A stretch of 62,165 nucleotides of DNA, the filler included, from Squatina squatina (Eukaryota): the NCBI GenBank assembly GCA_031763465.1. It is 3 parts of 3 records of this genome, joined end to end, with 100 filler letters (N's around TTAATTAATTAA, not from the genome) between each part and the next. Parts side by side here need not be neighbours in the genome. Positions count along the whole stretch, not along the records: positions 49,338 to 62,165 come from JARFOE010000115.1; 2 more parts are not named here. One strand, given 5' to 3'. The first letter of the stretch is position 1. Each line of letters opens with the position of its first letter. Under the pieces are notes generated by a model. That model did not search any database. It saw only the letters and a list, made by a program, of their open reading frames with translations, and was not told the DNA's origin. Of the stretch, positions 61,053 through 62,165 are shown one piece after another. A program made the position numbers and the translations under genes.

Positions 61053-62165
61053 GTAAACAAACCTCATACTCATATATAAATGGTAGTTAGCGAGACTTCA
61101 GATGGCCGCGTGGTACTATGTCAATGTAATACTTTTATTCACGGACATTTTCAACAATATCAGCCTAGTTATGAAATTCAAAGGATATAAGCACAGCAAA
61201 CTACAGAATACTGTTACTGTACTAATATAAGTTAGTTTTTTTTTATAACTCAAGTACAGTAAATCATAGTCACAATATAAGAAGGGTGTTTAATTGCTAC
61301 ATACTCAATGCTTTTAAAAAATAAAGTGAAAGNNNNNNNNNNNNNNNNNNNNNNNNNNNNNNNNNNNNNNNNNNNNNNNNNNNNNNNNNNNNNNNNNNNN
61401 NNNNNNNNNNNNNNNNNNNNNNNNNNNNNNNNATTGATAAGGGAAGCGAAAAGTGTTCGGGATAATAGCGAGAGGAGAGGATGTTTATAGAAGGATTCGG
61501 TGACGCAAAGAGTTCAATCAAATATGAATTATTGTGTAAAACTTAACAGCTTCTTCTGGTTTCTGTTTTTAAAGAATGTGGACTTCTGCTTAGTATCAGT
61601 TTTAATTAGACAGGATTTGGTGATATTCAGAATAATGTAATGGAAGTGTTTTCTAAAAAGCCAGTTGCAGTACTTTGCTTTTTATAGACGTTTAGTGATA
61701 GGTAGATGACAATGACGGAACTAATCTTGTTGATATGTTTACACTAGACGCTGTACAAATAAGTTTTTTTTTCCCTTGCTGAGATCGGAACACGATTCCA
61801 GAGCATCATCCGGAAATGGTTTAATAAACAAATACTGTTACTTTATATAGGACGCCATTTATAAGGGCACTTATTAAACAAAACATATGCATTCACAATA
61901 CTTTACAACCTATATTTCACAGAATATTGCAGTTTTGTGGAGCCTAAAATTAATGATTACCGAATATGATTTCAGCGATGCAAATACAGTACCCACCAGC
62001 CTCACTAAATATAACCGGTTCATTAATCACTTTGTGATATTTTCTTTGGTATATTAATTTAGGATAATAAATGGGGTTCTCGTGGTTAAATAACATGAAT
62101 CAGCTCTCTTTGATACAGTAATTGTCATTAAATTTCAGGTGTGGACAACGTTTTCAATCAGCATT

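Overview
This is vertebrate nuclear DNA, most likely a cartilaginous fish (shark). The taxon is inferred from the repeat content: a Deu-domain SINE, CR1/L2 LINE tails and Penelope-like elements. The window is not one natural locus. Two artificial 44N-TTAATTAATTAA-44N linkers (22749-22848, 49238-49337) join three gappy scaffolds, and many fixed 100-N gaps collapse the real distances. Scaffold 1 (1-22748) has exons of EFCC1(-), CFAP92(+), ACAD9(-) and the last exon plus 3'UTR of IQSEC1(-). Scaffold 2 (22849-49237) has exons of AP2A(-), CPT1(+), an intronless disabled MROH (maestro/HEAT-repeat) copy(+), SLC39A13(+), a TMEM178B-like gene(+), PSMC3(-), FNBP4(+), AGBL2(+), MTCH2(+) and MADD(-). Scaffold 3 (49338-62165) has RSRC1(-), a lone MOCOS exon(+) and SHOX2 exon 1 with its promoter(+). 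Most ORFs in the supplied track are noise, gap read-through or repeat translations. Gene names come from my recall of vertebrate protein sequences, not from a database search. I see no convincing wholly new biological system. The best leads are the intronless MROH retrocopy, the MOCOS exon about 2.2 kb upstream of SHOX2, the TMEM178-family exon between SLC39A13 and PSMC3, a minimal hammerhead ribozyme motif in a Penelope terminal repeat, a likely GC-AG intron in RSRC1 and two pre-miRNA-sized hairpins in the RSRC1 intron.
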